This document shows positions 1-11,326 of a DNA stretch of 64,000 bases, piece after piece. The DNA is from a virus (taxonomy: Duplodnaviria; Caudoviricetes). Positions within the stretch are counted from its first letter, which is position 1; each line of letters starts with the position of its first letter. The stretch is from positions 1 through 64,000 of IMG/VR virus record IMGVR_UViG_3300029705_000055. One strand, 5' to 3'. Made by a program: the position numbers and the translations under genes. Under the pieces are notes generated by a model. The model worked only from the letters and a program-made list of their open reading frames with translations, was not told the DNA's origin and did no database searches.

Positions 1-92
1 AAATCAAGAGACTGTATTGTCGAGGCTGTAATGGGAAGTTCGTCAAGATGGGTTACTGCAACAATTTCTCGCTCTTCTCTCTTATCTTCCAT
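1..92 (-). CDS. 5' part of a gene running off the window (MEDKRREREIVAVTHLDELP...)
   Basis: ATG at 92 downstream of an AAAGGAG RBS; frame is open to the window edge. Confidence 0.6.
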   Translation of the reverse strand, partial: MEDKREEREIVAVTHLDELPITASTIQSLD

Positions 93-110
93 GAGTTACC
101 GCTCCTTTGA

Positions 111-1082
111 TTAAAAATCCATTATGTCTTCGGAGCCGACAGAACGAGCGGGCGCCGGGGTTTCAACGACTTCCTGTTCTTCCTTCGCGCGTTCCCTTTC
201 AAGCGCACGCTGGCCGTTTTTCTGCATTTTTTCTTCGCGCTTAAGCAGTCCTTCGCGCACGGCTTCAGCAGTTATGCACCCCTCTTCGCCCTGTTTGATA
301 GGCTTAGCGCTACCGCCAAGGATACGACGCTCTCTAATGAATTTCGTTTCATACTGCGGATCGGGGGAACGTCCAAAGAAATCTTCGGTATTCTGCTCTT
401 TCAAAATGCGCTCCTGAATGCTTACCACATCGCCCTTTATGGTGACGGTGTCGCCGACGTGATAATTTTTCTTAATATATGAAGCAACGTTGTCTTCTTC
501 TACTGCTACAAATTCGATAGAATCTACGGATCCATCATATTTGGGAACGAGCCCCTCAAGAATTACACGCCCTGTGGACGTTTCGTTTTCATCAATCTCG
601 TCTTCCAGCTTATTGACGTAAACCTCAATATCGAATTCCGCACAGGGGGTAAAGGCCTTTTCGCCACCAGTTTTAGAGAACCCGGCCTTAAAACCTTTAA
701 GAGTGGTTATAGACGAAACCCTTTCGCCCTTACGAGAGGCGTATTCTTCAAGAGTTGCCATGACCCAAACCTTACTAGCCACTTCAGACGCGGTCGCAAA
801 ATTTGCTTCGGTATTATTTTTTAAATAAGACGCAACACTAATTGTGTTTTCAGGAAGAAGTCCTTCAAGCGCCTTGTAATCATCGGACTCGTTTCCATTG
901 TAAAGGAATTCCGGAGTCCAAAACTGAACTTTGTAACTGCTTATCTTATCTGTTGCGATAACAAGTGAACCGCGAATGACATCCATGTCTTTCACGGAAC
1001 GGATTTTTTCCAGATTGTTTTCTTTTAAAAAGCCGACAATTTTTACACGATTAACTCTTCTTTTTTCTTTTTCTTTAGCCAT
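111..1082 (-). CDS. Putative single-stranded DNA-binding protein (tandem OB-fold-like)
   Basis: 323 aa, N-terminal NRVKIVG and a later GDTVTIKGDV strand pattern, acidic C-tail ending EDIMDF; no TAG. Confidence 0.6.
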   Translation of the reverse strand: MAKEKEKRRVNRVKIVGFLKENNLEKIRSVKDMDVIRGSLVIATDKISSYKVQFWTPEFLYNGNESDDYKALEGLLPENTISVASYLKNNTEANFATASEVASKVWVMATLEEYASRKGERVSSITTLKGFKAGFSKTGGEKAFTPCAEFDIEVYVNKLEDEIDENETSTGRVILEGLVPKYDGSVDSIEFVAVEEDNVASYIKKNYHVGDTVTIKGDVVSIQERILKEQNTEDFFGRSPDPQYETKFIRERRILGGSAKPIKQGEEGCITAEAVREGLLKREEKMQKNGQRALERERAKEEQEVVETPAPARSVGSEDIMDF

Positions 1083-1174
1083 TTTAAATTCTCCTTAATC
1101 CTTATAAATAATACAATAATACTATGCGCGAGTACGTCTCGCTCTTTATTAATTTATGGGGTTTTTTCTTAAAA

Positions 1175-1411
1175 TCAATTTTTTTCTAACATTTTATCTG
1201 CAATATTTTGCGCATAGGCTAAATACCACTGTGCCTTTTGGAGGTCTTCTTTTAGTTTTCCTTTATGCTTTGCGCGGCTGATATACTTAATTACATTCCC
1301 TATACAAAAATCATAGGTCCCCTCTTCACCAAGAGTGCTACGAATGTAATCAATTACTTCAATACTGCCGAAATTATAGTGAGAAGGATGATTAACTTGT
1401 TCTTTTTCCAT
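1175..1411 (-). CDS. DUF3310-family phage protein
   Basis: VNHPSHY...IEVIDYI...FCIGNVIKYISRAKHKG..EDLQKAQWYL signature. Confidence 0.85.
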   Translation of the reverse strand: MEKEQVNHPSHYNFGSIEVIDYIRSTLGEEGTYDFCIGNVIKYISRAKHKGKLKEDLQKAQWYLAYAQNIADKMLEKN

Positions 1412-1421
1412 ATTGCTCTCC

Positions 1422-1604
1422 TTAATTTTTTCCACGGGAAAATTTCTCGACTTCTGTATCGGGTGTAATAAAAACCTCGGTGTTATCGTATATGATACGC
1501 GCGTTTGCTTCGGAAGTCGGGTCAGGTATTTTCATATAAATTATCTTTTCCGGGTCTCCAATTATACGGAAAAGCGTCCCTCGATCCAATTCTTTAATCT
1601 TCAT
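1422..1604 (-). CDS. Hypothetical protein
   Basis: MKIKELDRG start with RBS, overlaps the end of the upstream gene. Confidence 0.6.
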   Translation of the reverse strand: MKIKELDRGTLFRIIGDPEKIIYMKIPDPTSEANARIIYDNTEVFITPDTEVEKFSRGKN

Positions 1605-1854
1605 GTGTCTTTCCCTCTTCCAGCGCACGCACATGCTTTGCTAATGCCAACACCTGGGTGCCCCAGAAACTGATTCGCTCGTGCAAATGTGCCATTTCAC
1701 GTTTATCTCTATTATAGGCCCAGGCAGCAAAAAATTCACTTAAAACAACCGGAGATAATAGTACGACATAAGGCCAAATTTCCGTACGCCCCTGAAGAAG
1801 CAGGACAATCGCGCCACCGAGACAAAACAACGATAAATAAATACAAGTCAACAT
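1594..1854 (-). CDS. Small membrane protein
   Basis: Two hydrophobic segments; tight operon packing. Confidence 0.6.
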   Translation of the reverse strand: MLTCIYLSLFCLGGAIVLLLQGRTEIWPYVVLLSPVVLSEFFAAWAYNRDKREMAHLHERISFWGTQVLALAKHVRALEEGKTHED

Positions 1855-1856
1855 AT

Positions 1857-2171
1857 TTATTTGTCTCCCTGCTCCGCGTTTACACCTTCTACTGTTTCCT
1901 TGTTTTTGGTATTGAACCCCTTTTGATAAAGAAGACCTATGGATTCGCGAGCGGCATCCACAGTGTCACAAAGCTCTTTAAATCCCTTGTACACCATCCA
2001 GGCACCGTTTAACAGGACCAAAACATCTAACGAGATGCATGAAATATAAAATGCGAGAGACCAGCTGATTTCGTGGCTCATAGTGGCTACAACCACCCCA
2101 AGGGCCGCGGCGGCAAAAACCATGGAAACAATTCCCCAAAAAACTCTGTTTGCAATTTCTTTCATTTTCAT
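1857..2171 (-). CDS. Small membrane protein
   Basis: Two hydrophobic segments; AAAGGA RBS. Confidence 0.65.
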   Translation of the reverse strand: MKMKEIANRVFWGIVSMVFAAAALGVVVATMSHEISWSLAFYISCISLDVLVLLNGAWMVYKGFKELCDTVDAARESIGLLYQKGFNTKNKETVEGVNAEQGDK

Positions 2172-2198
2172 TATTATTTTCCTTTCAGACGTTGTTAT

Positions 2199-2525
2199 TT
2201 ACTTTGTGTCTAGGTTATATATCTTTTTTTCTACAATATAGACCGCCCGAATTCGTGGGGCGCAAGTCAATGCCTCAAAGAGGGCGCAAATACCATCGAC
2301 ATCGTTAGAGTCATATCCTTTTAGCGCTTTTAGAAGCATCTCGCTACTATATCCAGTATATTTACTCATTTCCCACAGCGCATCTTTAAACGAAATACCA
2401 CAGGTCATTTCATAAACAGAATCATCATCAAACTGGAACAAATAAAACTGTTCTTTCATTTCTGATTCTGGGCCGGCGGTGGGTTTAAAACCGAGTTCCA
2501 TTGGATTAAGATATTCTCCTGCCAT
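2199..2525 (-). CDS. Hypothetical protein
   Basis: Start reassigned to MAGEYLNP (GAGGAG RBS). Confidence 0.65.
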   Translation of the reverse strand: MAGEYLNPMELGFKPTAGPESEMKEQFYLFQFDDDSVYEMTCGISFKDALWEMSKYTGYSSEMLLKALKGYDSNDVDGICALFEALTCAPRIRAVYIVEKKIYNLDTK

Positions 2526-2538
2526 TTTAGTTCTCCTC

Positions 2539-2748
2539 TCAAAAACCCAATTCTTCGTATTGACTGGGTATATGTATGTGTATGGGACAAGTGAACGGTT
2601 TCCTACCAAGATGACATTCGACTTTTCTTTCGTATACCTGATAACTAACCTCGGTCTCATGTACATTTTTGAAAGGACAATGTTCACAATCACCGGGTTG
2701 AAAATTATCAGGAACAAAAATTTCTAAATGTACTGATGCTTTTCTCAT
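2539..2748 (-). CDS. Small Cys-rich hypothetical protein
   Basis: CEHCPF...C...CP; ATGA overlap with the upstream gene. Confidence 0.65.
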   Translation of the reverse strand: MRKASVHLEIFVPDNFQPGDCEHCPFKNVHETEVSYQVYERKVECHLGRKPFTCPIHIHIPSQYEELGF

Positions 2749-3098
2749 TTGTTATTCTCTCCTATCTGTATAGAGCCAACCATGATCCCCTTCAAGTTCC
2801 TCTTTCCATCCATTTTTGCACCGCAATGTGCGCAGTAATGGGTTTTCTTTTGTGAAGTATGGTTGCACTGATTACAAATATAATATTTGCTGATCGGAAC
2901 AGTTATGCCATTGCCGAAATGATCCTCGCGCCACTTTCCGTGCCGGACTTCCTGTACATTGGCGATGGGTAAATTTTCTAACCATTCTTTATATGTTTCG
3001 CATCCAAGAATAAAATCTTCATTTGCATTTTCATGGTCATATTGCTCGTTTGCAAAAGGAAAAGATAGCACTGTCTTTCTATCAATATAATCAGCCAT
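2745..3098 (-). CDS. Zn-ribbon phage protein
   Basis: MADYIDR...VQEVRHGKW...CNQC...YCAHCGAKMD, a common Clostridia-phage pattern. Confidence 0.75.
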   Translation of the reverse strand: MADYIDRKTVLSFPFANEQYDHENANEDFILGCETYKEWLENLPIANVQEVRHGKWREDHFGNGITVPISKYYICNQCNHTSQKKTHYCAHCGAKMDGKRNLKGIMVGSIQIGENNK

Positions 3099-3495
3099 TC
3101 TCGCTCTCCTTTTCATCCATCTCCTCGTACTCACTATATTCAAACGCTCCGGCCAAATACATCTTTTCAATGTGGTGTGCGTAACGTATTTCTTTGTCTG
3201 TCAGCGAGTCAATTCTCTTAAATTCTTCCAGCTCATCAACCCAGATATAAATATCTGTGTGATTTTCTTTATGGTTCCAGCCATATCTGTGGTCTAACGC
3301 AATTAAAGAATTAGTAAACACCACCGCTTTATCGACAAAATCGGTAGGATTGTCACTTATGTCATCTAAAAGCACCCTATTCATTGACGGGCCATCTCCG
3401 GCATCAAGCGTTATAAAAGGGGGTTCTAATTCTTTTATATCTCTGTGCTTGCAAATAAAATCAGTTAAAATTCCGTCATAAAATAATATTTTCAT
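3091..3495 (-). CDS. Hypothetical protein, first gene of the TAG-free block
   Basis: AAGGAG RBS, 134 aa, follows the predicted promoter. Confidence 0.75.
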   Translation of the reverse strand: MKILFYDGILTDFICKHRDIKELEPPFITLDAGDGPSMNRVLLDDISDNPTDFVDKAVVFTNSLIALDHRYGWNHKENHTDIYIWVDELEEFKRIDSLTDKEIRYAHHIEKMYLAGAFEYSEYEEMDEKESENG

Positions 3496-3565
3496 ATTTT
3501 CTCCTTATAATATGCTTCATATAACTTTCCACATCTATCGCGAGGTTTATAATCCTTCCGCAATA

Positions 3566-3595
3566 ATAATATAGGAGGTTTTACAACAAAGTCAA
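3566..3595 (-). promoter_or_regulatory. Sigma70/SigA-type promoter driving the genes from 3495 leftwards
   Basis: Minus strand TTGACT (3595-3590), then TATATT/TATTAT after 16-18 nt, directly after a terminator. Confidence 0.6.
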
Positions 3596-3608
3596 GGTAT
3601 AGGGAGAT

Positions 3609-3637
3609 AAAAAAAGGTAGGAAAAGATTTCCTACCT
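3609..3637 (-). terminator. Intrinsic terminator ending the structural/lysis operon
   Basis: Stem AGGTAGGAAA/TTTCCTACCT followed by a U-tract on the minus strand, downstream of the endolysin. Confidence 0.8.
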
Positions 3638-3654
3638 AATACACAAAAATATTT

Positions 3655-3713
3655 TTGTGCATTTTATACAATATTAAAATATTATATAATAATTTTTTTG
3701 TGCAATTTAACAA
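3655..3713. promoter_or_regulatory. Paired palindromic box, copy A
   Basis: TTGTGCATTTTATACAA (3655) and TTGTGCAATTTAACAA (3698), 43 bp start-to-start as in copies B and C. Confidence 0.6.
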
Positions 3714-3730
3714 CAAAAAATCAAATAAAA

Positions 3731-4762
3731 TTACGGTTTTATTAACTCGCCTTGTTTGAGAAGGTTAAGAAGCGTTGCATTCTGCTTCGAAGTTCCCAGA
3801 TAAGCAGTAATCCCATTGGCTTTTGCAATCTTACTTCTGTAACTGAAAGAGTCGTTCACCTGAATAGACTGTAAAGCCGCCTTGATCGAGGTACCAGTAT
3901 AGGATACCGCCGGGAAGGTTTCAGGCTTCGGGGCTTCTTCGGCCGTAACTTTTACAAGATACTTACTATCCACGGCAGAATTAAGAGAATGCTTCCCATC
4001 TTCCGACTTACCCAGGACAGTACGACCCGTCAGGTGATTAATCGAAGTGACCTTCCAATTATATTGTAATATAGATTTGGGGATGGATTTACCATTCCAA
4101 TATACTGCTCCAGCAATAATCGAAACGATATCACCCGCTTCTATTACATAAGAAGGAATGGGCGGCTCTTTCTTTTTAATCCCGTAATATTTTTCAATAA
4201 GCGCCACTTCTGCTTCTGCGATTTTCTGCAAGTTGCCGTCGTCCAGCAAAAACGCACAGTCGTGCTTGTTAGTGTGGAAGCCGTGCTCGATAATATAGGA
4301 ATGCTTACAACCCACTTCTATAGAATTGCGAATCACGGAATAATAGTCGTCACCATTTTTTTTGGTCTTTTGTTTGGCGCCACGACTATAAATACCCATA
4401 ATTTCCGCAGTCTTTTTTGCGAGATCCACAGCAAAAGCTTTATCATCGGGTCTTTTTATGCTATAGAACGAAATCGTCCCTGTGCATTTTTCATAGGCCG
4501 GGGTACCTTTGTCATCGGACCCCGGGGTGTTAGAGTGAAGCGAGAGGAAGAAATCGGCTCCCACCGCCATTTTACCACGCTCTTCGGGCGTAGGATTGTC
4601 GTCTATGGATGGACGGGTGCATATAACTGAACATTCATAGTCGGCAAGAATAGCAAGAATTTTTTGGGCCAACTTCCACATTTGCGTTCCTTCTTTATAT
4701 TCAGGATACACGCCCTTGTTGTCGTTTTTCCCATGACCGGGATCAATTACAATTTTAAACAT
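3731..4762 (-). CDS. Endolysin, N-acetylmuramoyl-L-alanine amidase (Amidase_3) with C-terminal wall-binding region
   Basis: IVIDPGHG...E...SLHSN...IEHGFHTN Zn-amidase motifs; no TAG. Confidence 0.9.
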   Translation of the reverse strand: MFKIVIDPGHGKNDNKGVYPEYKEGTQMWKLAQKILAILADYECSVICTRPSIDDNPTPEERGKMAVGADFFLSLHSNTPGSDDKGTPAYEKCTGTISFYSIKRPDDKAFAVDLAKKTAEIMGIYSRGAKQKTKKNGDDYYSVIRNSIEVGCKHSYIIEHGFHTNKHDCAFLLDDGNLQKIAEAEVALIEKYYGIKKKEPPIPSYVIEAGDIVSIIAGAVYWNGKSIPKSILQYNWKVTSINHLTGRTVLGKSEDGKHSLNSAVDSKYLVKVTAEEAPKPETFPAVSYTGTSIKAALQSIQVNDSFSYRSKIAKANGITAYLGTSKQNATLLNLLKQGELIKP

Positions 4763-4787
4763 TATATTCCCTTCCTTGTAAACTCAT

Positions 4788-5528
4788 TTAATTTTCTACG
4801 TCGCCGCCGCCATTTTGCGTAAAATTCCAAGTTGTTTGTGAGGCACCGCCACTCGAGGAAAAGTAACCATCGGTATCCAACGCGTGTGCCTTATATATAT
4901 CATTATCGCCACCGATAACATCTAGGTTCGCTGCTGTTAAATTCAGATAATAATTACCAACGCTCCCATATATAGCCAATCTTATACATCTTCCCGCACT
5001 AAAAGCATCATAAATTTCTTTCAATGTTTTATCTGCAGTAAAGCCATCTATAAGGGAAGTCTTCTTGGGATTGTCTCGGGTTAAGCTAACAATCAAAGCG
5101 CAACCTGACGCTCCCCCGTCATCATTATCGCCGCCATCTTCGTTACCATCGTCGCTCTTTTCTTGAATAGCACTAACGATATTGTTAATAGCTTGAACAA
5201 TATCTGCAGAAGAAACGCTCTCTGTCTAATTCTGGGCATACTTCTTTAACCATGCTATCAAAGCAGGATTACCGGCATCGGGACCGCCATCAATGCTGAT
5301 GTTTTGATATTCCTCATCAGACCATTCGCCATAAGGATATTCAACGACTTTTATATCATCAAAATACAAAACACCGCTATTCTCCCAGTCTTCGAATGTC
5401 ATCGAGGAAAATTCCTCTTCCCCCACAAAGAAATGAATATTAAATTTATTTATTCCTGTACCAATAACACCGGGTATATCAATGATTTTCCACACGGTGT
5501 TGCTTAAATTTTTAATATTGTTATACAT
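4788..5528 (-). CDS. Virion/tail-associated protein, paralog 1 (code 15, 246 aa)
   Basis: ORFs 5226-5528 and 4788-5096 are joined by in-frame TAG 5226; N-terminal module is nearly identical to the next gene. Confidence 0.75.
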
Positions 5529-5562
5529 TACAACATACCTCCAATCGTGGTAAAATCATTGC

Positions 5563-6267
5563 TTAATTGTGAAGAGTCGGCTTTGCGTCGTCCGAATCGG
5601 CAAGGAACCCCGAGAACTCGCCAGACATACATTCAAAGGCGTACATTACTACATCGGGCGCAGAGCCCCGATAGGCCTCAACAATAGGAATCAACAGGGC
5701 TCGCTCTTCAACCCACTAAACACCATCGTTCTCATATTGTTGTTCGTCGATAGTGGAAAGATATACAGGAGTATCCAGTTTTTTAATTATGTCATACAAT
5801 TCTTTGGCCTCCATATCAATATAAGCATAAGGAGACTCTTCAATTAGTACAACGGGTACAATCCGCACACCGTTACTACCATTGGCGCTACTGTCGCCAC
5901 GAACAGCGCTGGCAACGTTATTTAAAGCGCCAACGATACCCGCGTAAGAAGCACTACCGTTTTGATTCTTGGCATATTTTTGAAGCCAGGCGATTAGAGC
6001 AGGATTTTCTGCGTCGAGACCCCCGTCGATAGATATATTTTGATATTTTTCATCTGTCCATTCACCGACGGGATACTCGACTATTTTTGTGCTATCAAAA
6101 TACAACGCCCCATTATCTCCCTGATCTTCAAATTTCATAGACGAAAATTCTTCTTCGCCCACAAAGAAATGAATATCAAATATATTGGTGCCCGTACCGA
6201 TTACCCCAGGGACATCTACAATCCTCCATGCGGTGTTGCTAAGATTTTTTAAACCTTGACCACGCAT
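5563..6267 (-). CDS. Virion/tail-associated protein, paralog 2 (code 15, 234 aa)
   Basis: Reads through TAG 5716 to TAA 5563. Confidence 0.75.
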
Positions 6268-6298
6268 AACATTAACATCTCCTTATTATTTTATTAAA

Positions 6299-8470
6299 TC
6301 ACGACGTTGATACCAATTGTGAATAGGTTGCACTTAGCGGAATATTATCTACCTCCGCGGTAACTGAAATAACACTTCCATTGTAGAAAGTGTACAAACG
6401 TTGAGGAACCACTCTGTTAACAGTTTCTTCTGCAAGAGGATAAACAACTATCACAGGTGTGCCAGCAGCATACTGAGCAGTAAGAAATGCTTGGACATCA
6501 CTAGTGCTCGCAAATGAACTATCTTTAATACCGATATTTTGAGAAGAAAATGCGACAATACTCTTGTCTGGAGCATTTGCCATTGTCGCAGATGAATAAG
6601 GATAGTGCGAACAAAGCACATCAAGTTTGCTTTTCAATTTATCAGATATTGCGATTGCCCAACCTTCACCGCTAGCAGAAACCGATTCCGTTCCATCAAA
6701 TACTTTAATTCCGACTTTACGAGTGATATCACCAGTAATAATATCTTGTGTGTCTTTATAATTACCCACAGCAAATAAATCTGCTACGCTCGCAGTTTGT
6801 GGAGTGGCATATGACACATGGCTAGTTGCTGTTGCACCATACTCAACTTGCATCCACGAGTTATTTGATAATTCGACCCCGCCAGTTTTATATAGAGTAA
6901 AGTTAATTAAACTAACCCCTGCACCAACCGTGTAAGTTAAAGTACCGCCCGTCGCTGCGATTGCTTGACGAGTATTCCAACTACCGTCTTCTAACCAGGT
7001 GTTGATAAACACGCCAGAGATACCACCCTCGATATTACCACAACTAACGGTGAATTTTTCCCCTTCTTTGGTGGGGATTTGACAAAGAGTGCCCGCAAAA
7101 GTTGAAGATGTAGAAGTACCGCCAGTTGAAGTATAGCCGATATGGTCGAGGTCCCCAGCATTGAGGTTCTTACTGCCAACACTTAATACTTCAGGCGTAC
7201 CAGCTGCGCCTGCTGTAAGATGTGTGTCATCATAAGCACCTTTCACAGGAGCAGAACCCTGTGGCTCAAGAAATACCCCCTCGATGGCTTCATAATAACC
7301 AATTGCACCGTCTGATACTCTCTCGCAGGGGATATATTTGAGCCTAGTTCCAATTGTAATGTTGCCAATGATTTTGCCCTCATACTTTGGAGAACTTGAA
7401 TTTGGTAATGAACCAATCCACGCAACGCTCGTTGTCTCAAAATCAACTGTATTATGTGTCACATTTGTTTTAAAACCAGTTGTTCCACCTGCTCCAAACG
7501 TAATCGTTCTTTGAGAAGTACTGCCTACAACTGGACGATAGATGGTTTGACCATATCTCCAATATGCCTGACCAGTAGAAGTGCCGTAAATATACAGTGA
7601 AAAGTTATATACATCATCACCTGTGCCAGAATAGCACCCAAACAAGTTTTGTCCACCTGATGTAAAATCAGAAATGGTCATTGTAACAACATCTGAACCA
7701 TATAACTTCTTGTTGGTGTTATAATATGTGCTAGCAGAGAAAATTATGCTCGCAAGTCGTTTATAACCATACGGTAATTCTGCATCCTTTAACACTATCG
7801 AGCCATTATTACATTTAATGGCCACTGGAGCGCTAGGAGCTGGGGTCCCATTCTATACGCACACTCCTGTTTGCTCTAACTCCGTAATATAGGCTCTTGC
7901 TGAGTCTGTAAAAGACAGGGGGGGCGTACCAGTAACCGTAGATGCTGTAACTTGTCGACACGTGTATGTCATGCCGCTACCCACAGTTACTGGTCCTGTT
8001 GGATTGCTTATTGTTATAACCCCTGAGGGAACAAAATAGGAGCCAGTAACTCCGCTAAAACCGACAACCGCCTCGGGACATGCGTATCCCGCGTTGGGCA
8101 CAAATCTCATTTTTGCAACACCATTATCAACAACCCTTGAGCTTCCTTCGAGAGAGCCATTTTCAACTGTTCCGTTGAAACTAATGTTGTAAGAAGCCGG
8201 CAATGAATCGAGCTGACTTTGAAAATCGTTGGGGAAAGCAAGCAAATTCGATATTTTTGTTTGAACACGCACAGAATCAGCGACATCCGTTAAATCCGAT
8301 TCAAGTTGTGCAACATCTAACATCTGGGCGTCCCGGTCTTCTTGTTGCACCGCATTGGTTTCTAACCATGATATTAACGAAGCGTTAGTCGCATCTGTGC
8401 CGCCCTTTATTCTTATTGTGCGATATTCCTGATCAATCCAGGTATCGTTATTTTCTAAATTGTTCGGCAT
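6299..8470 (-). CDS. Tail fibre/receptor-binding-like protein (code 15, 723 aa)
   Basis: TAG 7853 restores GVCV-Q-NGTPAPSAPV; contains an LPYGYKRL beta-sandwich-like module similar to one in the 44111 fibre. Confidence 0.75.
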
Positions 8471-8494
8471 ATTTTGTCACTTCCAATAAATTAA

Positions 8495-9070
8495 TTAATT
8501 TGGTTCACCAATGTTTATATTTTTTTCCGAAAACCAGTTTATTATAAATTTGATCATTTCTTTAGTAGAAACTCCCCAATCGCTCAAAGCCTTCGGCACT
8601 TTAATCATCGGTTTTAAACAAACTTTTTGTATAAGGTCAAAATTTTGCGTAGTTGATACTAAAATTACAATATTGCACCAGCGCCAATCGGGAGGAAGGT
8701 TCTACGCCGCACCGCTTGCCACCTTAAAACCGTCAATTAACAAATCGTTTCCTTCTACCCACGCGTTAAGATTTTTGTTCTTAAAATAGATACACAAATC
8801 ATCTATAAATTCTGTAGATAAAAATTCAGGAAAACGATCATGGGAATAAATATAATTCAATGCTAAACTACCAGCCGCATGGACTATTGTTCCCCCCGGT
8901 CCCTTCCTATTATAGCAAGGAATATTATTATCTATACAATATTGTATATTGCACTCCTCTTCAGAGCCATAAGTAACTTCGTCTTGGTGTAAAATCGCGA
9001 ACCTTAGATGTTCGTGTTGGTCAGCCCTGAATTCGTCGATATGGTCCAAAAAATCCTAATTTGCATTCAT
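8495..9070 (-). CDS. Lipoate-protein ligase (LplA/LipB/BPL superfamily)-like protein (code 15, 191 aa)
   Basis: RKGPGGTIVH, GNDLLIDGFKVASGAA-Q; two TAGs; ATGA-coupled to the upstream gene. Confidence 0.7.
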
Positions 9071-10182
9071 GATTCCCAATCACTCCCATCAATATGATAT
9101 ACATTAACAGTGGTATACTATCCCGCTTTTGCTAGAGCCGCGTTTTTAATTGCTGTGTTGTCGGTATAAATCTTATATGCCGCTGAATTCTTAGCCCCAC
9201 CTTGGGAGGGGGTAAAGGTTGTTGCTACATTTGCCACGTCAAACTGTGGCGTATCTTCGTCCGTAAAAAGATAACAAACGGAAATTTGACTGTTTCCCTC
9301 AGCCTTAAATGCATTAGTTCCCAAAGAAGTAAGATTGGGACCCAAAACCAACCGGGGCGAGAAACAGTCACTAAAAGCCCTAAATCCCCCTTCTCCGATC
9401 GAAGTAACATGCGTTAAATCCCAATCAACCTCAGGAAGCGTGCTGTGCTAAAAAGCCTGGTCAAAAGCATGGGCGGCGATATTCGCTGGAATGTAAACTT
9501 GAGGGGCTTCTTCATACTAATTATATACAAAAGAAGCAAAATATCCGTATTCTGGTACTTCTGTAAAAGGACACCTAGGTGTATAAATAAAATACCCCCC
9601 AGAGCCCTACACCATCAGTGTGTTGCCTCCCATAAATAATGAAGCACACCCCCTCGTAGTTAAAGAGGGATGTCCGCCCGCAGAGACGGTCTAATAATCA
9701 AATAAATTTTCGGCATTCCCTTCGCAGCGAACGGGGAAAGTGGTACTATCTCCAATGGACAGCTGTGTATAAAACATTGCCGCGAGCGCCGCCGCCGAAG
9801 TGCGAAAATGTGTATTTCCAGTTCCACGAAGATAAAGACAGTATTCACCGTCAACAGGAGCCGCCGTCACTTGCGTAGAATCATCACCAAGAAATGTTGA
9901 CCAGTGCTCGGTGTCAGTAGAATATTCTACAGTACCATCCCACTCCGCAGCCCCCTACTTCCTAAGAATAAAAGAATAGGGGCTACTAAGAGTTAGATAT
10001 GGCTTTTCTTCCTCGTACCCATAAACTATTTTATGATCATATTTTATATATGTATCTCCACATTTAAATCTTGGAAATGTTTTTTCATTAGATTTAAAAT
10101 CAATTGCAAAGGCACGTAAATTATCTAAAGAGGGATCAGAATAAAACGTCCATTTTGTATTGGATAAATCTTGTACACTCAT
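9067..10182 (-). CDS. Tail-associated protein with BspA-like leucine-rich repeats (code 15, 371 aa)
   Basis: Six in-frame TAGs; GNAENLFDY-Q-TV, VTSIGEGGF, LTSLGTNAF; ends at TGA 9067. Confidence 0.7.
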
Positions 10183-10199
10183 AACGTTCTCCCTCCGTT

Positions 10200-11303
10200 T
10201 TAATAGGGTCCAATCCACTGTCCTGCGTCGTTGACACTTATGCGCTAAGTGTCTAAGTTTCTAAAGCCAGTTGCCGTGGAGCCAGCTGTACTGTAATAAT
10301 AAACCGTGTTACCATATATAACCACTGGTAAAAAACCAGCCGACAGGGCAGCGTTTATTTCTGCGCGTGTGGTGGTTCCATATTGCGCCTTAAACAATGT
10401 ACCGGCGGGGCCTTGGGGGCCACGAATGTTGGTCGTATATGTTAACGTAGCGCCACCTGGTCCGCTCTCTACAATTGTGTAAACGTCTCCGTTATAAAAC
10501 GTTCTACCCGTGTCGGGGGTGTCTACACCAGACCAAAGATATAAGTCTCCCGCATCGGGTTGCGCCCCCGCAGGAAAATCGCGTTCGTCCCAGAATATAT
10601 CGCCATCGTCCATATATAAATCATTACCGCTGTACCAGAAATTCGCCTGTCCGCGAGGACCTGGAGCCCCGGTGGTACCCTGTAATCCACGAGGACCAGT
10701 AATATTAGTCTAATAAGATACGCTACTGGTGGTTGCACCCGGGGTGGTAACAATATACACATCTCCGGTTTTAGAAATAACAACGTCATTTGCTTTTGGG
10801 TAGCCATTCTATACACTGCCGTTTGTGATTTGTAGAGTGGAACTTCCAGCGGTGTTTACATTATAATAAAGCACCTGGTTCCCCGCTATGTTTGTTAAAA
10901 ACGTTACAGACCACTTGGCGGAAGATGAATTATAGGTGGTCGTAGTATAAACATCAGCATTTCGAGAAATTAAAATGTCCCCCGCGACCACATCCCTTGA
11001 GGAATGTAATATATTACTATTAAGGATAAGGGTGGTTTGCGCTCCATCTGTGTTTGTCTCAACATACCAAATGCTGTTTTCGGTGGAACCGCCTATACGC
11101 TACAGTTCGCTCCCCGTCCTTCTCCACATACTTCCCATGGGATAAGTTGCGCTACCCTGGCTACAAACAAGTATCTTATTGGGGGGCATTGTAGCCCAGT
11201 AAGTTTGATCGCCCAGCTAAGAAGCAGTCATTAAAACAGTTTGCGCTCCAACACTCTCGTCTACTTGTGCGCCGGTATAGCTAGAATTATAATTTTCAGC
11301 CAT
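10200..11303 (-). CDS. Tail fibre-like protein with short collagen-like repeats (code 15, 367 aa)
   Basis: MAENYNSSYTGAQVDE start with AGGAGG; five TAGs; GPRGLQGTTGAPGPRGQ and GPQGPAG. Confidence 0.75.
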
Positions 11304-11326
11304 GTATCTCCCTCCTCTTTAAAATT

